Origin: a virus
Lineage: Duplodnaviria; Caudoviricetes
Direction: 5' to 3' (one strand)
Virus record (IMG/VR): IMGVR_UViG_3300042507_002545
Coordinates: 33,989-97,988 of that record
Length of the DNA: 64,000 bases
A program made the position numbers and the translations under genes. The notes beneath the pieces were generated by a model. The model did not search any database and had not been told where the DNA came from. It saw only the letters and a list, made by a program, of their open reading frames with translations. Every line of letters starts with the position of its first letter. The first letter of the stretch is position 1. Of the stretch, positions 1 to 8,722 are shown in pieces.

Positions 1-1291
1 CAGGACAAGGATTTGCTGCAATACATAAATCACATGATGTTGGTTCAACACCTTCACCTTGATATGGATACACCGTATCTACTTCAATACCGTATATAGT
101 TGGTAACTGACCAGTATCAACCTTAGTTACTCGCCAGCATATACCGTTTGTATCTACAAAGGCATCACCTTCATTTAAGAGATTTGGTACTGCTATAATA
201 CCACCTATTCCTGCACAACACGATTGTACTCCATAAAAATAAGGACATGGGTTTGCTAACTTACATGCTTCACAATCCCCCATAATAATAGTATCTACAG
301 TAATAGATTCTTCTGATATTGGTGCACCTGTTTCTTCAGCTACAGTCCAACATAATCCGTGGTTATCTACAAAAGTATCTCCTACAACTAATCCTGGTAA
401 AGATCCTGTTACATATTCAATACCCTGTACACAACATGAACTAATGATAAGATTAAGTGGACAAGGATTTGCGTCTTGACATTCTAAGCAAGTAGCATAG
501 TTATCTTCAAAAGTTCTAGTGAAGTTAGTCACGTCCGTAGATGTGTCTATTACCTCCCAGCAGTTACCTTCATTATCTACGTGGAAATCACCTACTACTA
601 GACCTGGGATATTTACCAATTCTGTAATAGAACCTTCACAACAGTTTTTAATAATGAAAGATGTGTTAACTGCCTTACAAGGTCTTTCTATATCTAGGGT
701 GTGTGATACTGTTAATATAGTTGGTGAACCTGGTGTTACTGCATCACCTGTAGCATATGTATTATAACCTATAACAATTCTTGTTTTATGAAAATCAAAG
801 CTAGAGTCTAAAGTTACTTCTGCATTAAAACATGCTGTTCCAAACTCATCAAAGTCTGTTAGAGTTACTGGAATAAAAGTAAACAGCTTTGGATTCTCAT
901 CTGAACAATTAAAATAATATACACCTACTATAAGAGTTACTGATGTAAAACCAGAATTTATCCAGTCTTGATAATAAGGATAATAAGCTGTACCTGATAA
1001 AGTTATTTTATCATCAGGTACAAGATTTATAGGTAATACTATTCCTGCACTTTTTTCATCAGCGCTTAAGTTTAAACTACCCGCTGTATAGTTTTGCGGA
1101 AAATTATATTTTGTAGCAGACCATACTGGATACTCTGTACCATTTACAGGATCATAATCACCTGCAAAAAATAACTGATCTATAACTTGAGCACCTCTAA
1201 AAAAATCACCAGTAAAACCAAATGAGTGTGAAGCTATCTTAGTATACTCAGGTTGACAACCATCGCCTTTAATAAATATTTGTGTAAGCAT
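1..1291 (-). CDS. Cys-rich repeat virion protein, 3' end beyond the window (not in the ORF track)
   Basis: ATG at 1291 (MLTQIFIKGDGCQPE...); frame open to base 1; about 70-80-aa repeats CC...GD.xVD..G.CW.V...C..C..ANPCP. Confidence 0.75.
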   Translation of the reverse strand, partial: MLTQIFIKGDGCQPEYTKIASHSFGFTGDFFRGAQVIDQLFFAGDYDPVNGTEYPVWSATKYNFPQNYTAGSLNLSADEKSAGIVLPINLVPDDKITLSGTAYYPYYQDWINSGFTSVTLIVGVYYFNCSDENPKLFTFIPVTLTDFDEFGTACFNAEVTLDSSFDFHKTRIVIGYNTYATGDAVTPGSPTILTVSHTLDIERPCKAVNTSFIIKNCCEGSITELVNIPGLVVGDFHVDNEGNCWEVIDTSTDVTNFTRTFEDNYATCLECQDANPCPLNLIISSCCVQGIEYVTGSLPGLVVGDTFVDNHGLCWTVAEETGAPISEESITVDTIIMGDCEACKLANPCPYFYGVQSCCAGIGGIIAVPNLLNEGDAFVDTNGICWRVTKVDTGQLPTIYGIEVDTVYPYQGEGVEPTSCDLCIAANPCP

Positions 1292-1292
1292 C

Positions 1293-1643
1293 TTATTTTA
1301 CAGTTGTAATTAAGAATTCAGTTCCTGTTGCATTTAATGCTACATAATTTGCAGCAAATACATTATTAGGGCTACCTGCTTCAAGGTTAATAATTTCACC
1401 TGTTTTTAAATCAGTTCCATTAACTGTACCTGTTGCAGTACCTACATTAGCTACTGAGATAGAATATATAGGGGTAGTGTTAGTCCAGATTCCTGTACTT
1501 CTTTGTACTGTAAAAGTTCTAACAACGGGAGTTGCTGTACCAGATAGTACATCCACAATAGCCTGAAGACCTTTTAGCATTTTGAACTGCCAAGGGAAAT
1601 TATTCTTCTTATTTCCTTCTGTGTTTAAGTTACCTACACTCAT
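1293..1643 (-). CDS. small virion/structural protein
   Basis: 116-aa beta-rich ORF in the structural block. Confidence 0.6.
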   Translation of the reverse strand: MSVGNLNTEGNKKNNFPWQFKMLKGLQAIVDVLSGTATPVVRTFTVQRSTGIWTNTTPIYSISVANVGTATGTVNGTDLKTGEIINLEAGSPNNVFAANYVALNATGTEFLITTVK

Positions 1644-1681
1644 TGTATTAGTTTTTTAAATGTTTTATATAATATGAATTT

Positions 1682-2932
1682 TTATCTACTTATTTCTTCC
1701 CAATCCACTGAAACATATGCCCCTAAAGTTCCACCTGTAGCATCTATTGCCATCTCAACTGCTAATTCAAAAGCAGTTCCTGTAAAACTATTTCTTTCAA
1801 GCTGAGTAGCAAACAATGCTTCTTTTAATATATTGATACTTGGAGATCCTTGATTGGATGAATTTACATATCCTTGTGCTAATATTCTACCTCCTGTAAC
1901 AGATGATCCTGTAAGGTTGTATTCTACAGATGAATCAGCACCTGCTGAAACCCAAGATCCTCCTGTTGTTATAGCAGATTGGACAACCCTCCATGCATAG
2001 TTTTTACCGTTACCTAATCCTAATAAAGATATTGCTGTAGTTATAACTATAGCATCTAATGTAGTAGTTTTAAGTCTAATTCCTAGCATTGGATAATACG
2101 TTCCTGCTACAGCAAATGTTTTAGGAGCAGTAATAGATGTGCCAACTGCTTGTTGAGCTCCTCTAAGTTCATAACCACCTTCAGATATTGCACTAGAACA
2201 AACTTGTTTTAGTGTACTTGGACTAGCTGTTACTCCCGTATTAGTTATCTCATATCTAAGTGGTAATGAAGCAGTAGTGATATAAGTAGAAGTAATAAGG
2301 TTAGCATGATTAAACCTATGGCATACAATGAAGTTGCCATCTATAATAAAACCTACTCTTACAGTTCCTTCTCCTAACCACTCAATATCCATGAATAAAA
2401 TCTGAGCCTTAGTAATATCTAAAGTTATTCCCGATGGACCATTACCGTTTAAAGGATCAGCATTCCAAGAAGCTTGGTTAACTACTGATTCTGTAACAAT
2501 ACCTGTGACTAAACTTCTTTCAACAAAACTTAAAGTACTATTATTTAATTGAACATAAATTCCATTATCCGTACCAAAGTATCCTACTCTTTGTCTAAGA
2601 TTAGTTTGAGCAGGAGCCATTACAAATGTGTTCATTACAAGTAATGACTTACCTGGTTGATATGACATTACTTTAAAAGTTTCTCTTAATACTTGAGATC
2701 CGCTTGTTGTATTTACATTTAGATTTACTAGACCTTCATTTGCACTAAATACTGCTGTTCCTCCACTGGCTGTGGAAGTGGCCCAAAGTCCATTATCACG
2801 ATATCTATGTGAAGAATCAAATAGAGTTAATGGGTTTGATACTCTTAGTCTACCAAACGCATCTGCTAACATTGGATCATTAGCAACTATTGATTGATTA
2901 GATATACCAGAAGTAGATATTATTGTACTCAT
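1682..2932 (-). CDS. putative virion structural protein
   Basis: 416 aa, Thr/Ser/Gly-rich, DAFGRLRVS N-terminal motif typical of aquatic phage structural proteins. Confidence 0.6.
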   Translation of the reverse strand: MSTIISTSGISNQSIVANDPMLADAFGRLRVSNPLTLFDSSHRYRDNGLWATSTASGGTAVFSANEGLVNLNVNTTSGSQVLRETFKVMSYQPGKSLLVMNTFVMAPAQTNLRQRVGYFGTDNGIYVQLNNSTLSFVERSLVTGIVTESVVNQASWNADPLNGNGPSGITLDITKAQILFMDIEWLGEGTVRVGFIIDGNFIVCHRFNHANLITSTYITTASLPLRYEITNTGVTASPSTLKQVCSSAISEGGYELRGAQQAVGTSITAPKTFAVAGTYYPMLGIRLKTTTLDAIVITTAISLLGLGNGKNYAWRVVQSAITTGGSWVSAGADSSVEYNLTGSSVTGGRILAQGYVNSSNQGSPSINILKEALFATQLERNSFTGTAFELAVEMAIDATGGTLGAYVSVDWEEISR

Positions 2933-3015
2933 TGCGCAATTGAAATAAGTAGTAACTCTCCACCTACTTTAGAGTATTTATCTCTTTCTTTAGGATTGCC
3001 GTTACCTAGTGCCAT
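2929..3015 (-). pseudogene. 28-aa remnant, probably an internally deleted paralog of 1293..1643
   Basis: MALGNGNPKERDKYSKVGGELLLISIAQ; its ends resemble MSVGNLNTEGNK... and ...GTEFLITTVK; TGA overlaps the next ATG. Confidence 0.45.
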
Positions 3016-3025
3016 AGTGGTATAT

Positions 3026-3664
3026 TTAGAGTAGCTTAGTTATCTGCAAGTATGGTTGATTAAAGAAGGTGTTATCAAACACTGGATATCCTGATGGAAC
3101 AGCACCCGCGTGAAGCACCACGATACCCACATAATCACCAACGTTAAATTTAAAAATACCTGAGCCTTGTTTTGTAGCTTCTCCATTACCAGATGTTCCG
3201 ATATAACCCTGATCTAAATACTCTAACTTAGTTCCTAAGTCATTAGATAGGGCGCTTGTTGTAACCGCTAGTCTCATAAAGTCAGTAGCGCCTGTCATAT
3301 CATATGACGCGTATCTGCCGTGAACAAGATAGTAACCTTCAACATTGATGCGTACTTTAGATCCTATTGGTGTATAAACACCAGTACCCTCATTATAAGC
3401 TAGGTTATTAAAAGGAGCTAAAAAGTCTACACCATTTAGTGTATTACTTAGTCCGCTAGTACCATTAATGTTTATTTTAACTACACTGTTTTCACCAAAT
3501 TGACTGGTAAAATCAGATACGGTCATACCATAAGACTGGTACTTGTCTCCGCGTTTAGCAAATGATGCGTTACTACCAAGAATAACGAGGTCCTGTGTAG
3601 GATCCTGTACTGTAGTTTTTACTAGTTTGTTTTTGGCTAAGTAGAGCCAGTTTAAAATGTCCAT
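3026..3664 (-). CDS. fibre/spike protein with shared N-terminal module and C1q/TNF-like C-terminus
   Basis: MDILNWL...RGDKYQSY N-terminus; C-terminus with 'EGYYLV' and 'FNVGDYVGIVV' jelly-roll-like pattern. Confidence 0.55.
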   Translation of the reverse strand: MDILNWLYLAKNKLVKTTVQDPTQDLVILGSNASFAKRGDKYQSYGMTVSDFTSQFGENSVVKININGTSGLSNTLNGVDFLAPFNNLAYNEGTGVYTPIGSKVRINVEGYYLVHGRYASYDMTGATDFMRLAVTTSALSNDLGTKLEYLDQGYIGTSGNGEATKQGSGIFKFNVGDYVGIVVLHAGAVPSGYPVFDNTFFNQPYLQITKLL

Positions 3665-3665
3665 G

Positions 3666-4301
3666 TTATCCTTTATTTATTGTTACTTCATAATAACTTA
3701 CAACAGTTGAGTCTGCTACACTAACGTTCTGCATATAGAATATAAAGTACTGATCCTGAGCCCAGTTTATATTGTATGTGGAAACTGCTGTAGTAGAAAC
3801 AGAATCATCATCAAAACCACCCGTGTTATAAGGAAATACCTCAGTAGAGGTACTTGACTTTACAACAAGTGTTCTCGATAATTGCCCAAATGCAGCATTA
3901 GCACCTAAAGCAGCAATGGCAATACCACTACCACCTACAGCATCTGATGTATTTACACTTACGTATTGAGCTGTTATTCCAGCTGTACCTGTTTTTCTAC
4001 AACGAGTTCTTACAAAGATGCTATCTCCTGGAGCTACCGTATTAGCAGGTATGAGTACACTTGCAGATTTAGTTGCTGCAGTAACCCCTGTTACAGTAGT
4101 ACCATCAGCAGTTCTAATGAACTGCGGGTTAACACCTATTGCTAATGCAAAGTCTTCAGAAGGCATGGCATAAGATTGATACTTATCACCACGCTTTTGG
4201 AAAGATACATCAGCACCTAACACTACTAAGTCTTGTGGACTATCTAGTTTAGTTCTGATTAAGTTTTGTTTTTTTATGCCAAGCCAGTTTAGGATATCCA
4301 T
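3666..4301 (-). CDS. fibre/spike protein paralog
   Basis: same roughly 50-aa N-terminal module, different beta-rich C-terminus. Confidence 0.55.
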   Translation of the reverse strand: MDILNWLGIKKQNLIRTKLDSPQDLVVLGADVSFQKRGDKYQSYAMPSEDFALAIGVNPQFIRTADGTTVTGVTAATKSASVLIPANTVAPGDSIFVRTRCRKTGTAGITAQYVSVNTSDAVGGSGIAIAALGANAAFGQLSRTLVVKSSTSTEVFPYNTGGFDDDSVSTTAVSTYNINWAQDQYFIFYMQNVSVADSTVVSYYEVTINKG

Positions 4302-4313
4302 TGTGTTTTAATA

Positions 4314-5234
4314 TTAAGATGGGTAAACGCGTACTTCAATTGAACTTCCGTTCATTAAACTATCTGTTAAGGTACCAGATCCATTGTAAGTGTTAATATA
4401 AATTGCTCCAGAATCAAAGCTAGCTGTTGCAATTCCAAAAATGTTGTAATCCTTTGTAAAGAAAACCATAACTCTTGCATTATTTGAACCAATACCTATT
4501 AAAGTTGAATTACCTGCAAAATAATAATACCCTGTATTAAATCTTTGCCAGCTTCCACCAACACCTCCTAGAGTATTTTCTTTTACTGTAACCGTAGGAT
4601 TTCCTGATCCGGATTGTGATATTTTAGCAGAATAAACAAGATATGATCCTCCTGCACTACCTTGGGGAATACCTAAGTTTAAAACTTGAACAGGTGAACT
4701 TCCTGTAAGAGTTGCTGTAGCACTAGAACCTGCAGCCAATGTGGTAACAGTACCTATAGATAATGCATTGCTTGGGCCTGCAGGACCAGTTGGACCTTGT
4801 AATCCAGTAGCACCCGTAGCTCCTGTTGCACCTTGTGCTGCAAGTAATGCCCAGTTAGTAGGGTCAGCATTAGGAGGTGTGGCAGATGGACCTACAGGAT
4901 CTATACAGAACCATGATGCTCCTGCATAACCCACAGCGTCATCTACAACATAAGTTCCTGAAGCAGACCATGATCCTTGCCAATTTAATCCAGCAGGACC
5001 TACAGGACCTGGTGCACCAGCAGGACCGGTTGGACCAGCAACACCCGCTGGACCTTGAGGACCGGCAGGCAATGTAGCAGCAAAGTCGTTAATTTCCATT
5101 GCGTAGTTTTGATAAATATCACCACGCTTATTAGCACCTACTTTAGCACCAAAGATCATTAAATCTTTAGGGTTGTCAATAGAAGTACGTACAAATTTGT
5201 TTTTGGCTAGATAAAGCCAGTTTAGAATGTCCAT
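4314..5234 (-). CDS. collagen-like fibre protein
   Basis: shared N-terminal module plus Gly-X-Y repeats (GPQGPAGVAGPTGPAG) flanking a W/Y-rich WQGSW...Y...DAV...W module. Confidence 0.75.
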   Translation of the reverse strand: MDILNWLYLAKNKFVRTSIDNPKDLMIFGAKVGANKRGDIYQNYAMEINDFAATLPAGPQGPAGVAGPTGPAGAPGPVGPAGLNWQGSWSASGTYVVDDAVGYAGASWFCIDPVGPSATPPNADPTNWALLAAQGATGATGATGLQGPTGPAGPSNALSIGTVTTLAAGSSATATLTGSSPVQVLNLGIPQGSAGGSYLVYSAKISQSGSGNPTVTVKENTLGGVGGSWQRFNTGYYYFAGNSTLIGIGSNNARVMVFFTKDYNIFGIATASFDSGAIYINTYNGSGTLTDSLMNGSSIEVRVYPS

Positions 5235-5265
5235 GAGTTGAGTAGATTAATGGATTAATATATAC

Positions 5266-5297
5266 TATAATATAATAAATATCTGTAGAATAACCAA
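5266..5297 (-). promoter_or_regulatory. putative late promoter TTGG-N19-TATATTATA
   Basis: same geometry as the element at 47153..47184; lies upstream of the fibre genes. Confidence 0.45.
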
Positions 5298-5298
5298 A

Positions 5299-5523
5299 TT
5301 ATAATGATGTTATTGTTTCCCACGCTGTTCCATTATAAACACAAAGTTTATTAAGTGTAGTATCATAAACTACCCATCCTCCTTGAGGCGAAGGGATTGC
5401 GTTCTTTTGTACTGTGGTCATTTGTGGAAAAGGAAATGCTCTCATTGCTGGTCTACCATTAGGACCTGTTATTTCAAGACCTAAAGGACCATATGCATTA
5501 CCATTAGAATCAGTTACTTGCAT
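5299..5523 (-). CDS. small fibre-associated protein
   Basis: P.MTT.QKNAI.SP..G..VYDTTLNKLC.YNGTAW fibre repeat motif. Confidence 0.6.
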   Translation of the reverse strand: MQVTDSNGNAYGPLGLEITGPNGRPAMRAFPFPQMTTVQKNAIPSPQGGWVVYDTTLNKLCVYNGTAWETITSL

Positions 5524-5524
5524 A

Positions 5525-5827
5525 TTACACTTCTTGTATTAATACTACATACTGGGTACCAGGAGCTGTTGTTAATATATATAACTGATCACCTGCATCA
5601 AATGAATATAGATATGCATCTGTTAAAATATCTCCAGCCGCTAAGTTTACGGTATATACTGTAGTTGTTACCGGTCCAACTGCTTTTACTTTTCTTAATG
5701 TAACGGAATTAGCAGCTGGGTTACTCAATCTTATAGATATTGTATTTGCAGCATTTAAACCCCCAGGTCTAGTATAAATAAGATTACTTCCTGCAGGTAA
5801 TGACCCTTCTAATGATATTAGTCCCAT
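5525..5827 (-). CDS. hypothetical virion protein
   Basis: start re-assigned to MGLISLEG (ATG 5827). Confidence 0.55.
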   Translation of the reverse strand: MGLISLEGSLPAGSNLIYTRPGGLNAANTISIRLSNPAANSVTLRKVKAVGPVTTTVYTVNLAAGDILTDAYLYSFDAGDQLYILTTAPGTQYVVLIQEV

Positions 5828-5919
5828 AGTGTAAAGATAATACAAATATAAAAAAATTTCATATAATGTGCTGATTATTAAAATATTTTGCTTAAACTTG
5901 TATAAGATATACACATCTT

Positions 5920-6921
5920 ATGAATAAGATAACCGCTACTGGCAAACTCGCTAAACAGTATCTTAAGAAGTATCCTAGTCTTCCCATCCTTACAATTGCT
6001 AAACTTATGTACGCTGAAAATGATTTGCACTTTAATAGTGTAGATCATGCACGTTCATTACTTAAGCGTCACTCTGGACTAGGTGGTAAAGAAACCAGAA
6101 AGAACGTAGATCCAGAATTACAAAGACCTATAACATATAACTATGCTCCATTTAATGACATACCAAAATCATATAAGTCTGGACCTAATGACTTTGAATT
6201 GCCAAGTGATGCTAATCACATTCTTGCTCTTTCTGATGTTCACTTTCCTTATCACGATGAAGAAGCTCTTGGTGCTGCTATACAATACGGCATTGATCAA
6301 AAGATTAATACGGTTATTCTCAACGGTGATATTTTAGACTTCTACCAGTTGTCACGGTTTGACAAGGACCCTTCTAAACCTAAGATGCAAGTAGAACTTG
6401 AACAAGGTAGATGGTTTATGAAAGCACTACGCACAGCATTCCCTAAAGCGAGAATCTATTACAAGATTGGTAACCACGAAGATAGACTTGAAAAGTGGTT
6501 AAAGATTAAGGCGCCAGAATGGATTGGTATGGAGGAGTTTGAGTTAAAGATGTTACTTCGTTTTGGAGAAAACCAAATACAGCTTATCGATTCAAATGCT
6601 ACAATAAAAGCTGGTAATCTTAACATTATTCACGGTCATGAATATTTAGGTGGAGGTACTATAAATCCAGCAAGAAATTTGTATCTTAAAGCTAAGGCCA
6701 GTACTATTTGCGGACACTTTCATAGAAAATCAGAGTTTGTTACTCGCGATATCAACAACAATATCCAAGGTGCTTGGACTACAGGTTGTTTATGTGAACT
6801 ATACCCAGAGTACATGAAAGGACACAGCGATTGGGTACATGGTTTTGCGGTTATTAAGATAGAGAAGGATGGCACCTTTTCAGTAGATAACAAAATGATT
6901 ATTGACGGAGTAGTATCATAA
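5920..6921 (+). CDS. calcineurin-like metallophosphoesterase
   Basis: motifs SDVH, NGDILD, GNHE, HGHE, GHFH. Confidence 0.85.
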   Translation: MNKITATGKLAKQYLKKYPSLPILTIAKLMYAENDLHFNSVDHARSLLKRHSGLGGKETRKNVDPELQRPITYNYAPFNDIPKSYKSGPNDFELPSDANHILALSDVHFPYHDEEALGAAIQYGIDQKINTVILNGDILDFYQLSRFDKDPSKPKMQVELEQGRWFMKALRTAFPKARIYYKIGNHEDRLEKWLKIKAPEWIGMEEFELKMLLRFGENQIQLIDSNATIKAGNLNIIHGHEYLGGGTINPARNLYLKAKASTICGHFHRKSEFVTRDINNNIQGAWTTGCLCELYPEYMKGHSDWVHGFAVIKIEKDGTFSVDNKMIIDGVVS

Positions 6922-6923
6922 CT

Positions 6924-7145
6924 ATGGCAACAACTATTAGAGCTGGAATTTATATAGACCCACTCAGTGAGGAAGAGTCTACCCCTGAGATCTATATTGA
7001 TCACAGCATGATCCAGATATATAGTCAGGAGGATATCCTTGTTGCCCAAATTAGTTATGAAGAACTCCGCGGTATTTTAGCCATCATGGCGGCGGAACAA
7101 GAAAAGACTCACCTGCGTATTCAGGCTATTGGTCGGAACAACTAG
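6924..7145 (+). CDS. hypothetical protein
   Basis: 73-aa ORF directly after the phosphoesterase. Confidence 0.55.
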   Translation: MATTIRAGIYIDPLSEEESTPEIYIDHSMIQIYSQEDILVAQISYEELRGILAIMAAEQEKTHLRIQAIGRNN

Positions 7146-8120
7146 TCTTGTAACAAATTTAGCGTAAAATTGTTACCACACTAAAGTATGTTTTAGCAGT
7201 CATTAACCCCAGTTTTCTGGATAATGTATAGTATACCATACTATAATGTGGTTTATAAGAAACAAAAAACCTCAGTTTTATACCCTGTAAGGGACATTAT
7301 CATGTATAGAGAGTATACTCCGTACCTCTCCGGGTACGTTTTATAGTATTGATGTCAGGATAAACCTGGCACCATTGATATGAGATAGATGTTATAAACC
7401 ACATCTGTCACAAATATGTTAAACTTTTGTGACAAGCTTGATGGGTACTGGAGGGGTACTTGGGGGAAAGTATAGTAAACTTTTGCGACAGCTATAGTGG
7501 AAAATAATCACCAGAATCAGGCTTTTAGTGGAAAATAATCCCCAACTCCCTTGCGCTAATCCGCCATTACTGGAAAATTTTAGGAGTATTGGCGAACTAT
7601 AGAGTGCCAAACTCTGTAACAAAACATGGACAAACTCGGAAGTTTACCGAGTTACCCCCTATAATTTTGCATGAATTTTTCCAGATTTTGCATGCAGATA
7701 CATATAGTATTGCCACATGAGCCCATATTTATATGTAGGAGCATATAGGGAGAATGTCCAGTTTTTTGCGCAATAAACTTGACACCTTTGGTTCTCCTAC
7801 ATATACCCCCCTAGGGAAGTAGACAATCAACATACCCCCGGTAGTAAGGTTAGGTGGGGACACCCCCGGGAGGATGGTGTAGGGAATTTTTTATGGGGGT
7901 AGGGGATTTATAATGTGGGAGATGATGTGAGGGGTATACAACAAATCAACCCCCGGCTTTAAACTTTTTAGGGGGTACCCCCCATGAAATTTGAAACATT
8001 TCATTTAAAAGTTGAAATCCAAAGAAAACATTTTGCTATGTAGAAAATGTTTATACGTCATATAACTATGACATGCTTGATTTGAGTTGCACAACAAAGA
8101 CTTGAGTTGTTGTGTTGTGC
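7146..8120. repeat. non-coding array of many different imperfect palindromes and G/C tracts
   Basis: e.g. TATAGTAT-ACC-ATACTATA 7227-7245, TGTCACAAA-N11-TTTGTGACA 7406-7434, AACTCGG-N7-CCGAGTT 7633-7653, 30-nt dyad 7755-7784, GGGGGTACCCCC 7971-7982. Confidence 0.75.
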
Positions 8121-8148
8121 CACCCGACCCCGACCACCACCCCTAGAT

Positions 8149-8190
8149 ATGTTGCAAGCAACATCATTGATACAACATATCATTCATAAT
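8149..8190 (+). promoter_or_regulatory. early promoter candidate 1
   Basis: ATGTTGC-AA-GCAACAT dyad followed by ATACAACATATC.TTCATAATC. Confidence 0.55.
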
Positions 8191-8199
8191 CTTAAGATA

Positions 8200-8403
8200 A
8201 TGAATAACTTTTTAAACTCGCTAGTAGGTCATACTGACCTATACCAAGCTAAAAAGCAGGTGATTCGTGAAATCATTGCTTTCACCAAGTTTCCCAAATC
8301 ACGCACAAGCCGTGAATTTCTTTGGGGCAAAGACATTCAAGAGCTTGCGGCAATGCACCGTGAGCTATTGACATACCAAACGGTGCAATTGGAAATCGCT
8401 TAG
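8200..8403 (+). CDS. early hypothetical protein
   Basis: start at MNNFLNS, downstream of the promoter motif. Confidence 0.65.
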   Translation: MNNFLNSLVGHTDLYQAKKQVIREIIAFTKFPKSRTSREFLWGKDIQELAAMHRELLTYQTVQLEIA

Positions 8404-8416
8404 GCGATTTCTTTTT
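8392..8416 (+). terminator. intrinsic terminator
   Basis: GAAATCGC-TTAG-GCGATTTC-TTTTT; the stop codon sits in the loop. Confidence 0.8.
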
Positions 8417-8453
8417 GCTTTGCAATTATTAATACAACATATCTTTCATAATC
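8415..8453 (+). promoter_or_regulatory. early promoter candidate 2
   Basis: TTGC-TTT-GCAA-N6-ATACAACATATCTTTCATAATC. Confidence 0.6.
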
Positions 8454-8459
8454 ATAATT

Positions 8460-8642
8460 ATGAAAAAGTTCATGTTAATCATTACAATTATCGCATGGCT
8501 AGACAGCCTTGCGCTAATCTTCATTACTAACACTTTGCCGCATATTAGCAGTAAACCATTCGTGAATGGCTTCCTGATATTCTGCGCAGGATTCATCTCG
8601 TACTTGATATACTATCAATTACGCGATATGAGAAAGGCTTAG
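8460..8642 (+). CDS. small two-TM membrane protein
   Basis: two hydrophobic stretches in 60 aa. Confidence 0.65.
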   Translation: MKKFMLIITIIAWLDSLALIFITNTLPHISSKPFVNGFLIFCAGFISYLIYYQLRDMRKA

Positions 8643-8660
8643 GCCTTTCTCTTTTCTTTT
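8630..8660 (+). terminator. intrinsic terminator
   Basis: GAGAAAGGC-TTAG-GCCTTTCTC-TTTT. Confidence 0.8.
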
Positions 8661-8688
8661 GCTGCGCAATAGGTAATACACCATATAC
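8659..8688 (+). promoter_or_regulatory. early promoter candidate 3
   Basis: TTGC-TGC-GCAA-N6-ATACACCATAT. Confidence 0.6.
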
Positions 8689-8722
8689 TAATAAAATCAG
8701 TTTCACTTAATTTAAATTTATC

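Noticed and set aside
3026-5234. Diversity-generating retroelement acting on the fibre genes
   Set aside because: No reverse transcriptase or adenine-specific TR/VR pair was seen; similarity is limited to the N-termini.
7419-7622. 67-aa minus-strand ORF in the palindrome array
   Set aside because: Isolated, with no recognisable protein features, and within a palindrome-dense region.
7146-8120. CRISPR array or attC cassette array
   Set aside because: No constant repeat with regular spacers; no cas or integrase genes in the window.
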